Part shown: one piece after another, positions 1 through 10,136 of the stretch | Numbering within the stretch: position 1 is the first letter of the stretch | How the letters are laid out: each line of letters begins with the position of its first letter | Assembly: GCA_963719505.1 (NCBI GenBank) | Contig: CAVRCF010000001.1 | Span: 1,152,001-1,216,000 of the forward strand | DNA: 64,000 nt | Direction of reading: 5' to 3' | Source of the DNA: Halobacteriovoraceae bacterium | Lineage (GTDB): Bacteria; Bdellovibrionota; Bacteriovoracia; Bacteriovoracales; Bacteriovoracaceae | The notes under the pieces: model-generated | What the model was told of the DNA's origin: nothing | The model's database searches: none | The model's input: only the letters and a program-made list of their open reading frames with translations | Position numbers and translations under genes: made by a program

Positions 1-576
1 TGAGTTGGTTGAGTCTAGGTTCGTAATGTAGTTTCCATAGGCATGAACGTTTTCAAAGACTCGGTCAGAGTCAAACATTTGTGTTAAGGCTTTGAAGCGA
101 TAACCAAGACCGACACCAATAAGAGTCATGGACTGCTCGTTCGTTCCTCTTCTTAAGAAACCATCGGCATCGGGGTCATCACTTGATTCTAGCTCATCGG
201 CCAAGGTTGAATAAGCTCCAACAACACTTTGGAGTTGGAAAGCTAGCCATTGATCTTTATAAGAAGGCATCTTTTTCATCAATTGAATATTTAGAACTCT
301 AAGCTTGGCAAAGTCTTCTAAGCTTAAGGAAGTTTGGTAGCCAATAGACATCTTAAAAGAATCTTTTTTGGTATAATAGGTGTCTGTATAAATGCCGCCT
401 TCACCTTCGCTGTCTCTGATGAGACTTTCATTGTTAAGGTATATTTCCGGATTCTCTTTTATTTCAGAAGGGCCTAGTCTTTTAAGAGACTCTTGCTTAA
501 ATAGAAAAGCCGTCTCATTTGCATCGTTTGCAAAAACCAACGGACAAAATAAGGTTAAAAAAATCAAAAATCTCAT
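1..576 (-). CDS. Exported hypothetical protein (partial, runs off window start)
   Basis: ATG at 576 overlaps the TolC-gene stop (ATGA); translation MRFLIFLTLFCPLVFANDANE... has a signal peptide; frame stays open to position 1. Confidence 0.7.
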   Translation of the reverse strand, partial: MRFLIFLTLFCPLVFANDANETAFLFKQESLKRLGPSEIKENPEIYLNNESLIRDSEGEGGIYTDTYYTKKDSFKMSIGYQTSLSLEDFAKLRVLNIQLMKKMPSYKDQWLAFQLQSVVGAYSTLADELESSDDPDADGFLRRGTNEQSMTLIGVGLGYRFKALTQMFDSDRVFENVHAYGNYITNLDSTNS

Positions 577-2030
577 CGCACCACCAACCCTTCGAATCTT
601 TCTCCTGGAAAGTCGTCAACGCCCATCAAACGAGCTAGCTGTAGCTTGAAGAATAGATGTTCATATTTAGCGTTTTCAAATTCGATCAAAGAATTTGTCA
701 TAAGTTCTAAGGTCAGCTTTGTGTCTGCAAAACTTGATTTACTGCCGATATAGTTGTCGAGCGTCTTATCAAAAGTTTTCCGAATGCTTTTGACAAGCGC
801 AGCACTTGCTTCATACTTCTTTTCTAAAAACCTTATTTTTCTATGGAGTGTATTCACAGAGACTTTAATTTCTCTTTTTGATTCACGGTACTCAATCTCT
901 GAGATTCTTTTTCTGAGATAGGCTTTTTTATCTCTGTTGGTATTAAATAATCCACCGGCACCAAAGATTGTCCATCTCATATTTATTGAGGCGACAAGTT
1001 CAATGTTTTTATTGCCCGGACTTGTTTCAAAAGTATCTTGAGCTCCAGCATCAGAAAAATTGTGACGTAAAGCCCCAAACCTAACGTCAAACTTTGGTAG
1101 AGGCATGTTTTCTTTTAAGGCTTTTTGGAATGATCTATTAGCGTTATTGAGCCTGGTTTTGGCCGTTAAAAACTCGGGGTTTCTTTCTTGGGCAAACTGA
1201 TAAGATGTACCCGGAAGATTAGTTAGAGTCTTAAATTTTAATTCTTCGATAGGGGTGTAGGTTGTCTCAAGGTCATCTCCCACTGATTTCGCTAGAACTT
1301 GCTCAGCTTCTGTGACGAAGAACAATGAGTTCTGATACTCTTGGTGAGCTTTTAAAAACTCTGATTTTGCCTGAAAAAACTGCTGAGAATTAATTTTTTT
1401 CAAAGAAAGTTTCTCTTTTGCCAGTCTATAAATAAATGAATTTTGTCTGAGTTGATTCCTATTTGCTCTTGCAATCTTTTTAAACCGTATGAGATTGAAG
1501 TAATTGGCGATAATCTCAAAGCGAAGAGCTCTTCTTTGTTCTGTTAAAATCTGTTTTTGTCTTTTGTAGGTTTCTTTATTATTTTGATAGTCGAGGTAGT
1601 CTTTTCCCCAATTAAAAACAGTATAGTTTTCAATCTCTAAGCCCACGTACCCACTTGGAGTCTTGGATGTACCATCGCTATCATCAACGTCACCGTAAAG
1701 ATTATCGACGAGTGTTTCATCTGAATTGATTGTAAGGTTTAGCCTTGGAAACCAGAACTCTTTATAATCGTCGCTCCAATTTATGTCTAGAATTTCGCTT
1801 CTAAAGCGCCGTTCCTGTTGAAGAGCATTTCTTCTTAGGCCCTCTTCCAGGATGTCCTTTAGAGAAATGAGTTTTGATTCATTTTTCAAGTTGGCCGAAG
1901 GTTTTGTCTCGGTGCTTATTTTCTCGATATCTTCTAAATCGGCTTCAATTATATTTTGTGCGTAACCGATTGATGATACGAGAGTCACTAAAGCAACGAG
2001 GTGTAGTCTCCAAGTTGTTTTGAGTCTCAT
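573..2030 (-). CDS. TolC-family outer membrane efflux protein
   Basis: Signal peptide; two OEP-like repeats (WFPRLNL, MPLPKFDV); helical coiled segments; C-terminal LARLMG. Confidence 0.8.
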   Translation of the reverse strand: MRLKTTWRLHLVALVTLVSSIGYAQNIIEADLEDIEKISTETKPSANLKNESKLISLKDILEEGLRRNALQQERRFRSEILDINWSDDYKEFWFPRLNLTINSDETLVDNLYGDVDDSDGTSKTPSGYVGLEIENYTVFNWGKDYLDYQNNKETYKRQKQILTEQRRALRFEIIANYFNLIRFKKIARANRNQLRQNSFIYRLAKEKLSLKKINSQQFFQAKSEFLKAHQEYQNSLFFVTEAEQVLAKSVGDDLETTYTPIEELKFKTLTNLPGTSYQFAQERNPEFLTAKTRLNNANRSFQKALKENMPLPKFDVRFGALRHNFSDAGAQDTFETSPGNKNIELVASINMRWTIFGAGGLFNTNRDKKAYLRKRISEIEYRESKREIKVSVNTLHRKIRFLEKKYEASAALVKSIRKTFDKTLDNYIGSKSSFADTKLTLELMTNSLIEFENAKYEHLFFKLQLARLMGVDDFPGERFEGLVVR

Positions 2031-2095
2031 ATTGTGTGTTTCCCTTATTTGTCTCTAAGGGAAATACTAACATCACCAACAACGGCTCGTAAAAT

Positions 2096-2434
2096 TTATA
2101 ATGAAATTCCTGGGCAGCCTTTTCGAACGATATTCTCTTCCATGGACTTAATTCTAAACTTGGTTAGTCTAAGGTTGTTTTCTAAGGAGATTTTCGTGAT
2201 TTCAAGCTTTTTGCCAACCAATTTTTGATTTACTTTTACATCAGCTAGTAGCTTCTTATTTCTTCTCAATAGTGAGGTTAGCTTTTGTTTCGTTTCAATT
2301 TTCTGGTTTCGTTCTGAAATTAAGGCCTTGCATCTTTTACTAACCGCTGGATCCTTGATGACGTCTCTAATATTGTCTAGATTTGACGCGTATAGACCTA
2401 GGGAAAAAGTAAAAATTATAAATACAGCTTTCAT
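2096..2434 (-). CDS. Exported coiled-coil hypothetical protein
   Basis: 112 aa with signal peptide and paired Cys. Confidence 0.65.
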   Translation of the reverse strand: MKAVFIIFTFSLGLYASNLDNIRDVIKDPAVSKRCKALISERNQKIETKQKLTSLLRRNKKLLADVKVNQKLVGKKLEITKISLENNLRLTKFRIKSMEENIVRKGCPGISL

Positions 2435-2550
2435 GGGTATATTTTATCAGATTTTATGAGTTTTTATAGGAGAGGAAATAATGCTTCTTGTTAGACATTT
2501 GAGGTGGAAAAAATGGCCATAAAGTACCGAAATGGGTTAATATTCGCCCT

Positions 2551-3285
2551 ATGTCCAATAGTATAATTTTAATTCCAGCTCGATTTGCCTCCTCTCGTTT
2601 TCCGGGAAAGCCACTGGCGGCGATTAATGGCAAACCAATGATTCAACATGTGATTGAAAACTGTAAAGAGACAGGTTTGGACTATTGTGTGGTGACTGAC
2701 GATCAAAGAATCGAAGACTTTATAAAAAGCATAAATGAGAAAGTTGTTAGAGTCGATGATGATGTGGCTACTGGGTCAGAACGAATCGCTTTGGCTTATG
2801 AGCGTTTTTTTAAAAACAGAAACTATGAACTTGTTGTCAATGTTCAAGGTGATGAACCACTGTTAAAAGCCAAAACAATCCTAGAAGTCACTTCTTCTCA
2901 TTTGGAATCAACGGCAGATATTTTCACAGGATTAAATGAAAGAAGTTCCACTGAACCTGACTTTGATAATCCTAATATTGTTAAATGTATTTTTAATAGA
3001 AAGACCGGTTCGTGTTATTACTTCTCCAGAGCAAAAGTTCCATTTTCACGAGAAAGAGAACCTTATTCATGGTATCAGCATATTGGTATTTATTCCTACC
3101 GGCCACAGGCACTTTTAAAGTTTGTCTCTCTAGATGCTTCTTATCATGAAAATTTAGAAAAATTAGAGCAGCTCAGAGCACTCGATAATAATATGACGAT
3201 TAACGCCAAAATAATAAATGTAAAACTCATCGGTGTCGATGTTGAAGAAGATATTAAAAAAGTTGAGGGAGTTTTCTGTGAGTAA
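2551..3285 (+). CDS. kdsB: 3-deoxy-manno-octulosonate cytidylyltransferase
   Basis: IPARFASSRFPGKPL, NVQGDEP, HIGIY, EKLEQLR motifs. Confidence 0.97.
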   Translation: MSNSIILIPARFASSRFPGKPLAAINGKPMIQHVIENCKETGLDYCVVTDDQRIEDFIKSINEKVVRVDDDVATGSERIALAYERFFKNRNYELVVNVQGDEPLLKAKTILEVTSSHLESTADIFTGLNERSSTEPDFDNPNIVKCIFNRKTGSCYYFSRAKVPFSREREPYSWYQHIGIYSYRPQALLKFVSLDASYHENLEKLEQLRALDNNMTINAKIINVKLIGVDVEEDIKKVEGVFCE

Positions 3286-4900
3286 GAAGTCCAAAAAATA
3301 TATTTTTGTCACAGGCGGAGTTTCTAGTTCTCTGGGAAAAGGTCTTGCTGCTGCTAGTATTGCAAGCCTAGTTGAAAGACGAGGCATCAAGGTCAATATG
3401 TTAAAGATGGATCCCTATATTAACGTAGATCCTGGAACAATGAGCCCCACTCAACACGGAGAAGTTTTTGTCACTGACGATGGTGCTGAAACTGATCTTG
3501 ACCTCGGTCACTACGAGAGATTTACCACTTTGACGTTGAAAAAGAAAAACAACTTCACTTCTGGTCAAGTTTATTTACAAGTCATTGAAAATGAAAGAGA
3601 AGGAAAGTATTTGGGAAAAACCGTTCAGGTTGTTCCGCATATTACAAACGAAATAAAAAGAAGGATTCATTCCGCTGCGGAAGAGTCGGATGTCTTATTG
3701 GCAGAAATCGGTGGAACTGTTGGCGATATAGAATCGGGTCCCTTTATGGAATCGATTAGACAGTTTGCTCACGACGTTGGAAGTGAAAACGTTTTATTTG
3801 TCCACCTTGTGCTAATACCTTACCTACATGCAGCTGGGGAGTTGAAATCAAAACCCGCTCAGCATTCGGTAAAAGAGCTTCGAAGTATTGGGCTTTTCCC
3901 CAATATTATTATTTGTCGGGCCGATAGAGAAGTTGATGCTGATATTTTAGACAAAATCTCACTTTTTTGTAACGTCCCAAGGGCAAATGTTTTCCAATCA
4001 ATAGATCTGGATTCTATTTATAAAGTTCCACTGTCTTTTCATAAACAAGGTTTGGATACAAAGATCGCTGAGCTTCTTGGTATTTGGGCAAGTGAACCTG
4101 ACATCAAAGACATCGTGAAAGTTGTCTATAATATCGATAACCCTAAATCGTCTGTGAAAATTGGTATCGTTGGAAAGTATACCGATTTAACAGAGTCCTA
4201 TAAGTCTTTAGATGAAGCCCTAAGACATGGTGCCATTGCTAATCAGGTCGAATTAGAGATGATTTATATTGATGCTGAAGATATAGAAAAAGGCAAGACA
4301 CAAGAGCTTTTAAGTGTTGACGGTATTCTTGTTCCAGGAGGCTTTGGCCAAAGAGGAACTGAAGGGAAGATTGAAGCGATTCGAATCGCCAGAGAGACTA
4401 AAATTCCTTTTTTTGGAATCTGTCTGGGGATGCAATTGGCCATGATCGAGTATGCGAGAAATATGGCCGGAATAAAAAATGCCACAAGTATGGAGTTTGA
4501 TAAAGGTGGAGAATTCATCATCCACTATATGGAAGGACAGACTAAAGAAGGTAACAAAGGTGGAAGTATGCGCCTTGGGGCTTATGATTGCTCTCTTTCA
4601 AAAGGGAGTCTTGCCCATAAGATTTATAATAGTGAATTGATTTCGGAAAGACACAGACATCGTCTCGAAGTGAATAACGCCTACACTGAAAAACTTACCG
4701 AAAAGGGAATGATTGTCTCGGGTGTAAATGAGAAATTAAATTTGGTAGAAGTCGTTGAGTTGGGAGATCATCCTTTTTTCATAGCGTGCCAGTATCATCC
4801 CGAATTTAAGTCCAGCCCTTTTAAGCCTCACCCTCTTTTTGAGACATTCATAACGGCGAGCTTAAAAAGAAAGGGTGAGCGAGCTGATCACAAAAGTTAA
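3278..4900 (+). CDS. pyrG: CTP synthase
   Basis: FVTGGVSSSLGKG, DPGTMSP, GICLGMQ, RHRHR, QYHPEF; likely GTG start at 3278. Confidence 0.99.
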   Translation: MSKKSKKYIFVTGGVSSSLGKGLAAASIASLVERRGIKVNMLKMDPYINVDPGTMSPTQHGEVFVTDDGAETDLDLGHYERFTTLTLKKKNNFTSGQVYLQVIENEREGKYLGKTVQVVPHITNEIKRRIHSAAEESDVLLAEIGGTVGDIESGPFMESIRQFAHDVGSENVLFVHLVLIPYLHAAGELKSKPAQHSVKELRSIGLFPNIIICRADREVDADILDKISLFCNVPRANVFQSIDLDSIYKVPLSFHKQGLDTKIAELLGIWASEPDIKDIVKVVYNIDNPKSSVKIGIVGKYTDLTESYKSLDEALRHGAIANQVELEMIYIDAEDIEKGKTQELLSVDGILVPGGFGQRGTEGKIEAIRIARETKIPFFGICLGMQLAMIEYARNMAGIKNATSMEFDKGGEFIIHYMEGQTKEGNKGGSMRLGAYDCSLSKGSLAHKIYNSELISERHRHRLEVNNAYTEKLTEKGMIVSGVNEKLNLVEVVELGDHPFFIACQYHPEFKSSPFKPHPLFETFITASLKRKGERADHKS

Positions 4901-4928
4901 ATATATAATAAAAATTTGAGGAGATAGA

Positions 4929-5732
4929 ATGAAAAAGATGGATTTATTTATTGGGCCTTGTGTCCTCGAGAGTGAAGCTCTCGCGATGCAAGTGTGCGAG
5001 ACAATTTTAAAAGATCTTGAGCCGTTTAAAGATCAACTTAATATCTCCTTTAAGGGAAGTTTCGATAAAGCTAATCGTTCCGCAATAGACTCTTATAGAG
5101 GACCTGGAATTGATGAGGGGCTTAGAATTTTAGAAAAAGTTTCAGATACCTTTAAGATAAAAACAATAACAGACTTTCATTCACCCGCTCAGGCTGACCT
5201 TGTCGCAAGCGTTGTTGATACTCTACAGGTTCCAGCTTTTTTATGTCGTCAAACCGATATGATCCTAGAAGGGGCAAAAGCTTGTAAGAGATATGGAGGA
5301 CAACTGAAAGTTAAAAAAGGTCAGTTTTTATCTCCTGAAGATACAAAAAATATTGTTGAAAAAGCTCTTAACTACTTATCTCTCGATAATATTCTTCTCA
5401 CTGAGAGGGGAACGAGTTTTGGATATAATAATTTAGTTGTCGACATGGCCAGTTTTCAAATCATGAAAAGTTTTGGTGTGAGAACAATTCACGATGCCAC
5501 TCACTGTGTTCAAAGACCGGGGGGATTAGGTAAGTCTACGGGTGGAAAAAGAGAGCAGATTGAAACCCTTGCTAAAGCCGCTATTGCGGCAGGTGCCGAT
5601 GGTATTTTTATGGAAGCTCATCCAAACCCAGAAAAAGCTTTATCAGATGCTACCAGTCAGTTACCACTGACTTCAGTAAAACCGCTAATAGAAAAGCTTT
5701 TAAGAGTAAGACAAGCAGTACAGGAACAATAA
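4929..5732 (+). CDS. kdsA: KDO8P synthase
   Basis: GPCVLES, SFDKANRS, KKGQF, DATHCVQRPG. Confidence 0.97.
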   Translation: MKKMDLFIGPCVLESEALAMQVCETILKDLEPFKDQLNISFKGSFDKANRSAIDSYRGPGIDEGLRILEKVSDTFKIKTITDFHSPAQADLVASVVDTLQVPAFLCRQTDMILEGAKACKRYGGQLKVKKGQFLSPEDTKNIVEKALNYLSLDNILLTERGTSFGYNNLVVDMASFQIMKSFGVRTIHDATHCVQRPGGLGKSTGGKREQIETLAKAAIAAGADGIFMEAHPNPEKALSDATSQLPLTSVKPLIEKLLRVRQAVQEQ

Positions 5733-5733
5733 A

Positions 5734-6273
5734 ATGAAAAGAGACCTAAGAGCAGAAAGTAAGAAGTATCAAGATAAACTTTCAAAAATAAAGATTGCAC
5801 TTTTTGATGTTGATGGGATTTTAACAGACAGTAAAGTTTATTGGGATGGTGAAGAGAATGGTTTTAATAGATGCTTTAACACCTATGATGGCTACGGACT
5901 CAAAACACTACAAAGAGCAGGCTTGAAAGTTGGAATCATCACCGGAGGAGATAGTCTTGGAGTTAAGAAAAGATTTGAAGGACTCGGTGTTGACTATTTA
6001 AAAATGGGAAAGACAGATAAAAGAGAAGGCTTTGAAGAAATTATGGCCGATTGTGGTTTTGACAAAAGTGAAGCTCTCTACATGGGGGATGAATTTTTTG
6101 ACCTTCCTATTTTAAAGCAAGTTGGTTTTTCAGCAACCGTGCCTCATGCAAGTCATGAAATCCAAGAAGAGGTTGATTATATCTCCCAGCGAGAGGGTGG
6201 CGACGGATGTGTGAGAGAGGTTATCGATATGGTTCGCTATGCTCAAAATATCGTTCCCAAAATAGAATACTAA
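5734..6273 (+). CDS. kdsC: KDO8P phosphatase (HAD family)
   Basis: FDVDGILTD, DGYG, GDEFFD, GGDGCVREV; in kds operon. Confidence 0.93.
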   Translation: MKRDLRAESKKYQDKLSKIKIALFDVDGILTDSKVYWDGEENGFNRCFNTYDGYGLKTLQRAGLKVGIITGGDSLGVKKRFEGLGVDYLKMGKTDKREGFEEIMADCGFDKSEALYMGDEFFDLPILKQVGFSATVPHASHEIQEEVDYISQREGGDGCVREVIDMVRYAQNIVPKIEY

Positions 6274-6878
6274 TGAAAGATTTTAAAATCGGAAAAAGAT
6301 TATACCGGTCAACAGCACTTCTTGAATTTAAAGCTATCTTTCTTTTGATAGCGACATGGGTTCTTGTTAACCTTTATTTTAAAACATATTCCGACCCAGA
6401 CTTCATTGCTAAAGGTTATGACTCATTTGAGGATGTTATTGAGTTTCATTCAATTTATCCGGCACAAGCACTGGGTTTTTTTATTGGGACACTTATCCCG
6501 ACTCTTTATTATTCTTTTTTCAGGGGGATTGTTTTCTTTGAAAAAGGAATGGTTATAAATCGTGGAATTCCATTTTTTAACCAAAGTTTAAAGTACTGCG
6601 ATATTGATTCATTTCGAATTGTTCATCCAAGGTTTCTAATTTCAATTAAAAGAAAAGAAACTGAAGAAGAGACACTTTTTACTATTAGAGATTTAGATAG
6701 GGTTGTCGCTATTTTTGATCAGCATGGAATTGAAGCTGATCTAGGAGCTGCACCTGACGAAGCCAAAAAAACGGTTAGTCGAAAGCTTATTTGGGGATTT
6801 ATTATTTTTGGGACTGTCGTAAGTATATTACAATACACGGGAATCATGATTGAAATAAATCGCTATTTATTTAGATAA
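6273..6878 (+). CDS. Membrane protein, hypothetical
   Basis: Three hydrophobic segments; ATG at 6273 overlaps the kdsC stop. Confidence 0.7.
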   Translation: MKDFKIGKRLYRSTALLEFKAIFLLIATWVLVNLYFKTYSDPDFIAKGYDSFEDVIEFHSIYPAQALGFFIGTLIPTLYYSFFRGIVFFEKGMVINRGIPFFNQSLKYCDIDSFRIVHPRFLISIKRKETEEETLFTIRDLDRVVAIFDQHGIEADLGAAPDEAKKTVSRKLIWGFIIFGTVVSILQYTGIMIEINRYLFR

Positions 6879-7779
6879 AATAGTGGTCGACCGTCTTGGC
6901 CTTATCGAGACGGTTTAATAAGCCTTTAAAATTCTCATTGTCTTTAAAACTTTCATTTAAAACAATTGTAATTGAATTTGTTTGTTCTCGATCCATCTCA
7001 CGAAGTTTTGAGTATAATTCTCGTGATGCCAAAGTTGGATCATCTGGTACAATCCAAGTCGATATGCTGGGGTCTCTAGAGAGGGACCTTTTCTCTAATG
7101 TAATAGGTTTCTTTGGCATGTAATGGTGCTTGAGTGCTCCAGGGGAAACTGGGCTCTCTCCTTCTTTTACACACAAATCAATATTTGCATCCTTGAGCGC
7201 TTTTTCTAGTTCACTTTTTGTGACAGCTCCTGGTCGATAAATTTGAATCCGATCGGGCAATACACCTATGACTGTTGATTCAATACCAACACTGCAAGGC
7301 CCGTCATCTAGAATGTACACACTTTCACCAAATTCATCTTTAACATGAGAGGCTTTCGTCGGTGAAATTTTCGTGAATTTATTTGCTGACGGCGCGGCTA
7401 GTGGAGTTTTTGTTTTTGCAATCAATTCTAGAGTGACTTTATTATTTGGGCATCTTAAGCCAACATCTGGGAGGCCACTTGTAATAAGATCATTAATCTT
7501 TTCATTTTTTGGTATGACCAAAGTTAGAGGGCCTGGCCAAAATTTAGTGGCAAGAACGTCACAAGTTTTGTCCCAACGAGTTGTAAGACTTCTGGCCATT
7601 TCAATAGAGGAGACATGAACGATAAGGGGATCAAAAAATGGTCTTTCTTTAGTTTTAAAGATTTTTCTTATAGCGACTTCACTGTAGATTGATCCCGCTA
7701 GACCGTAAACTGTTTCTGTTGGAATGGCGACCAGTTCTTCTTGCTTTATTAATTGGCAGGCTTTTTCTAATTCATTCAT
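6871..7779 (-). CDS. sua5: L-threonylcarbamoyladenylate synthase (Sua5/TsaC)
   Basis: PTETVYGL, FWPGPLT, AAPSAN, GIEST, SPG..HY. Confidence 0.95.
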   Translation of the reverse strand: MNELEKACQLIKQEELVAIPTETVYGLAGSIYSEVAIRKIFKTKERPFFDPLIVHVSSIEMARSLTTRWDKTCDVLATKFWPGPLTLVIPKNEKINDLITSGLPDVGLRCPNNKVTLELIAKTKTPLAAPSANKFTKISPTKASHVKDEFGESVYILDDGPCSVGIESTVIGVLPDRIQIYRPGAVTKSELEKALKDANIDLCVKEGESPVSPGALKHHYMPKKPITLEKRSLSRDPSISTWIVPDDPTLASRELYSKLREMDREQTNSITIVLNESFKDNENFKGLLNRLDKAKTVDHYFI

Positions 7780-9764
7780 TGTACTGGTACGGTCGTTCCT
7801 ATTTCTCTTGTAAAGTTATCAATTACACCAAGCCCTCTAAATTGACCAGTCTTAAAAAAGGTCGAAAAAGGTGCGCCAGTATTTGTTTGTGCTGTCATGG
7901 TGCCATGGACAAAAACATTCTGTTCACCAAAGATATTATAGAGGTCTATCAGGTGATCTGTTTTAGAAAAATATTTTCCTACAAACCTTCTTAGTTTCGT
8001 CAGGTTTCTCTGACCAGTCTCCTCGACATGCTCTTTGTAATCAAAATACCTCGCAGTAAGAGTCTTCACACAGGCATTTCGACCAATTTGAGGACGACGA
8101 AGCATTTTTGATCTTTTTCTTGAATTTAACCAATCTTTTAATCGTCTACTATTACAGGTTCTCACGATTGCTGTAACAATATGTTCGGTAGAAAGGCCAT
8201 GGAAGTAGGTAAGTCCAGTTTTTTCGACTTCAATTTGGCTTTCAAAATTTAATGGTCCTTTCAGTTTTTCATCTGAAACTAAGGAAGCCACCTCTCTATT
8301 AAGATTTGACCAAGCTTTTATTCTTTGTACCGCATTTCGTTTTAATTTTCTGTCAAACCAGCGGTGAGTTTTATTCGCCTGATATTTTTGGGTGAAACGT
8401 AGTGAAAATTCTTCATCAGTATTCACAGTTTCTTTTTCTAAATCACTTTTACTCTCATACTCAAGCTTCATCTTTTGAGAGGACTCAGCATAATTGGCAA
8501 CACCGGTGTCAAAGTCAAAGATTCTAACGACAACGATATTAATGAGACGACTTAATAGATTTTGAATGTATTTTGTCGACTGAGAGTAGTGGGTATAAAA
8601 AAGGCTTTCGACACCATCTTTTATGATTCTTACCTGTTGAGTTTGTTTTTTTCTAATCTTTCCAAAAAGTAAAACACTATATCTTGAGTTGAAATTTTCT
8701 TTCACTCTATCTTCTAGAGAAATAATATTTTGTTTCCATGAATTAATAGTGTCTGTTTGTCCTTTTATAATCTTTTTAAATTCCCCGTGGTGGGCTTCGG
8801 AGTTCATCATAAGGCTTATGTCTCTTTCAAAAAAAGAGAGATTTTGTTTATTGGTCTGCCCATAGGAATACTCAAGCTCTCCTTCAAGCAAAGTAAGTTT
8901 AAGAAGATTAAAGAAATCGAGTTGAACTGAAACTGCAGCCGTCGCTGTTATATTCCAGGACTTCTCCCTAGAGACTCTTAAAATCTCATCCTCTTTCTTT
9001 ACATCTGATTGACCCAGACTTTGTAAGATGACTTCGTTTTGAAAAGCGACATCGACTAAAACACCAGCTGATGCAGATATTCCTGATCCTGGAGAGGTAA
9101 ACTTTCCGCCTGCATTAAAGTAGAATGAATCTTCTTTTTTTAGAATTTGATAGGGATCCATATTGATGACATGGTCGACATTAAATTTACTAAAAGAGAG
9201 AAAGAGCTTTGAGTAGTCTGCTCCAACACCTTGGCTATACGTTTCAGCAAAGTGATAGTAGTGATAGACCCTTTTAAAGCCAACACCAACGAAGGCGCCA
9301 ATGTCTGCTTGCGATATCTCTACAACACCATCTTCTTTTAATTGTGACAGGTAGCTAGAAGCATCGATACTAACAGTTAAAGTATCGTGGACGATAAACT
9401 TGTTCGAAAACATATCTGGAGTAATTTCTCTGTTTGCGTATAGTTTTATATTTCCGGCAGGCTTTCTCCAACTGAAGCCAGAAAAGTTTAGAACTCCTCC
9501 GCCAATATCGTGATTTAAAATAAGTGGGCGAGATTCATTCTCGCCAATTTGGTTATAATTGTGACCGACAATCTCATTGATTCTTTCGATCAGTGGCGAT
9601 TGAGAATCTGGAGCAATATTTTTTAATTGAGAAGACTTAGAAGTCCTAAGATTCTTGGCCGCCAGATCTCCCTTAATTGAGAAATGTTTGAATTCATAGG
9701 AGAAGGATGAAAAGCAAAAAAGTGTGCTGACCAAAAGAACTATGCTTGAATAAGAATTCGTCAT
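7776..9764 (-). CDS. Large exported hypothetical protein
   Basis: Long ORF; AGGAG RBS before ATG 9764; signal peptide. Confidence 0.75.
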   Translation of the reverse strand: MTNSYSSIVLLVSTLFCFSSFSYEFKHFSIKGDLAAKNLRTSKSSQLKNIAPDSQSPLIERINEIVGHNYNQIGENESRPLILNHDIGGGVLNFSGFSWRKPAGNIKLYANREITPDMFSNKFIVHDTLTVSIDASSYLSQLKEDGVVEISQADIGAFVGVGFKRVYHYYHFAETYSQGVGADYSKLFLSFSKFNVDHVINMDPYQILKKEDSFYFNAGGKFTSPGSGISASAGVLVDVAFQNEVILQSLGQSDVKKEDEILRVSREKSWNITATAAVSVQLDFFNLLKLTLLEGELEYSYGQTNKQNLSFFERDISLMMNSEAHHGEFKKIIKGQTDTINSWKQNIISLEDRVKENFNSRYSVLLFGKIRKKQTQQVRIIKDGVESLFYTHYSQSTKYIQNLLSRLINIVVVRIFDFDTGVANYAESSQKMKLEYESKSDLEKETVNTDEEFSLRFTQKYQANKTHRWFDRKLKRNAVQRIKAWSNLNREVASLVSDEKLKGPLNFESQIEVEKTGLTYFHGLSTEHIVTAIVRTCNSRRLKDWLNSRKRSKMLRRPQIGRNACVKTLTARYFDYKEHVEETGQRNLTKLRRFVGKYFSKTDHLIDLYNIFGEQNVFVHGTMTAQTNTGAPFSTFFKTGQFRGLGVIDNFTREIGTTVPVQ

Positions 9765-9866
9765 AATTCTCCTTGTGCGACGCGTTACAACTATACAAAC
9801 TGTATCTTTTTCGGTTATACTCATTCACTTCTTTACTTCTATAGTGCGTTATAATCGGAGAAAACG

Positions 9867-10121
9867 ATGGATGTAACTAAATTCAAGGCTTTATTAGATG
9901 AACAGAATTCTTGGCCAGAATACTATACTTTTAAGTTTGTCGTTTTAGCTGACAAGAAGGATCAGGTTCTTGAGCATCTTGCTGGTCATAAAGTTACGGT
10001 CAGAGAGTCTAGTGGTGGAAAGTATCTTAGTTTTTCAAGCCGTTTATTAGTGAACTCTTCTGAGGAGGTTGTTGCCGTCTATGCTAGCCTCAAAGATGTT
10101 GAGGGTATAATGTCTCTATAA
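9867..10121 (+). CDS. DUF493/YbeD-like protein
   Basis: WP..YTFKFV, RESSGGKYLS pattern. Confidence 0.85.
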   Translation: MDVTKFKALLDEQNSWPEYYTFKFVVLADKKDQVLEHLAGHKVTVRESSGGKYLSFSSRLLVNSSEEVVAVYASLKDVEGIMSL

Positions 10122-10136
10122 AGATCAGGAGTCATA

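Noticed and set aside
435-445. TAAGGTATATT match to the island promoter motif
   Set aside because: Lies inside a host CDS on the antisense strand with a mismatch; treated as chance
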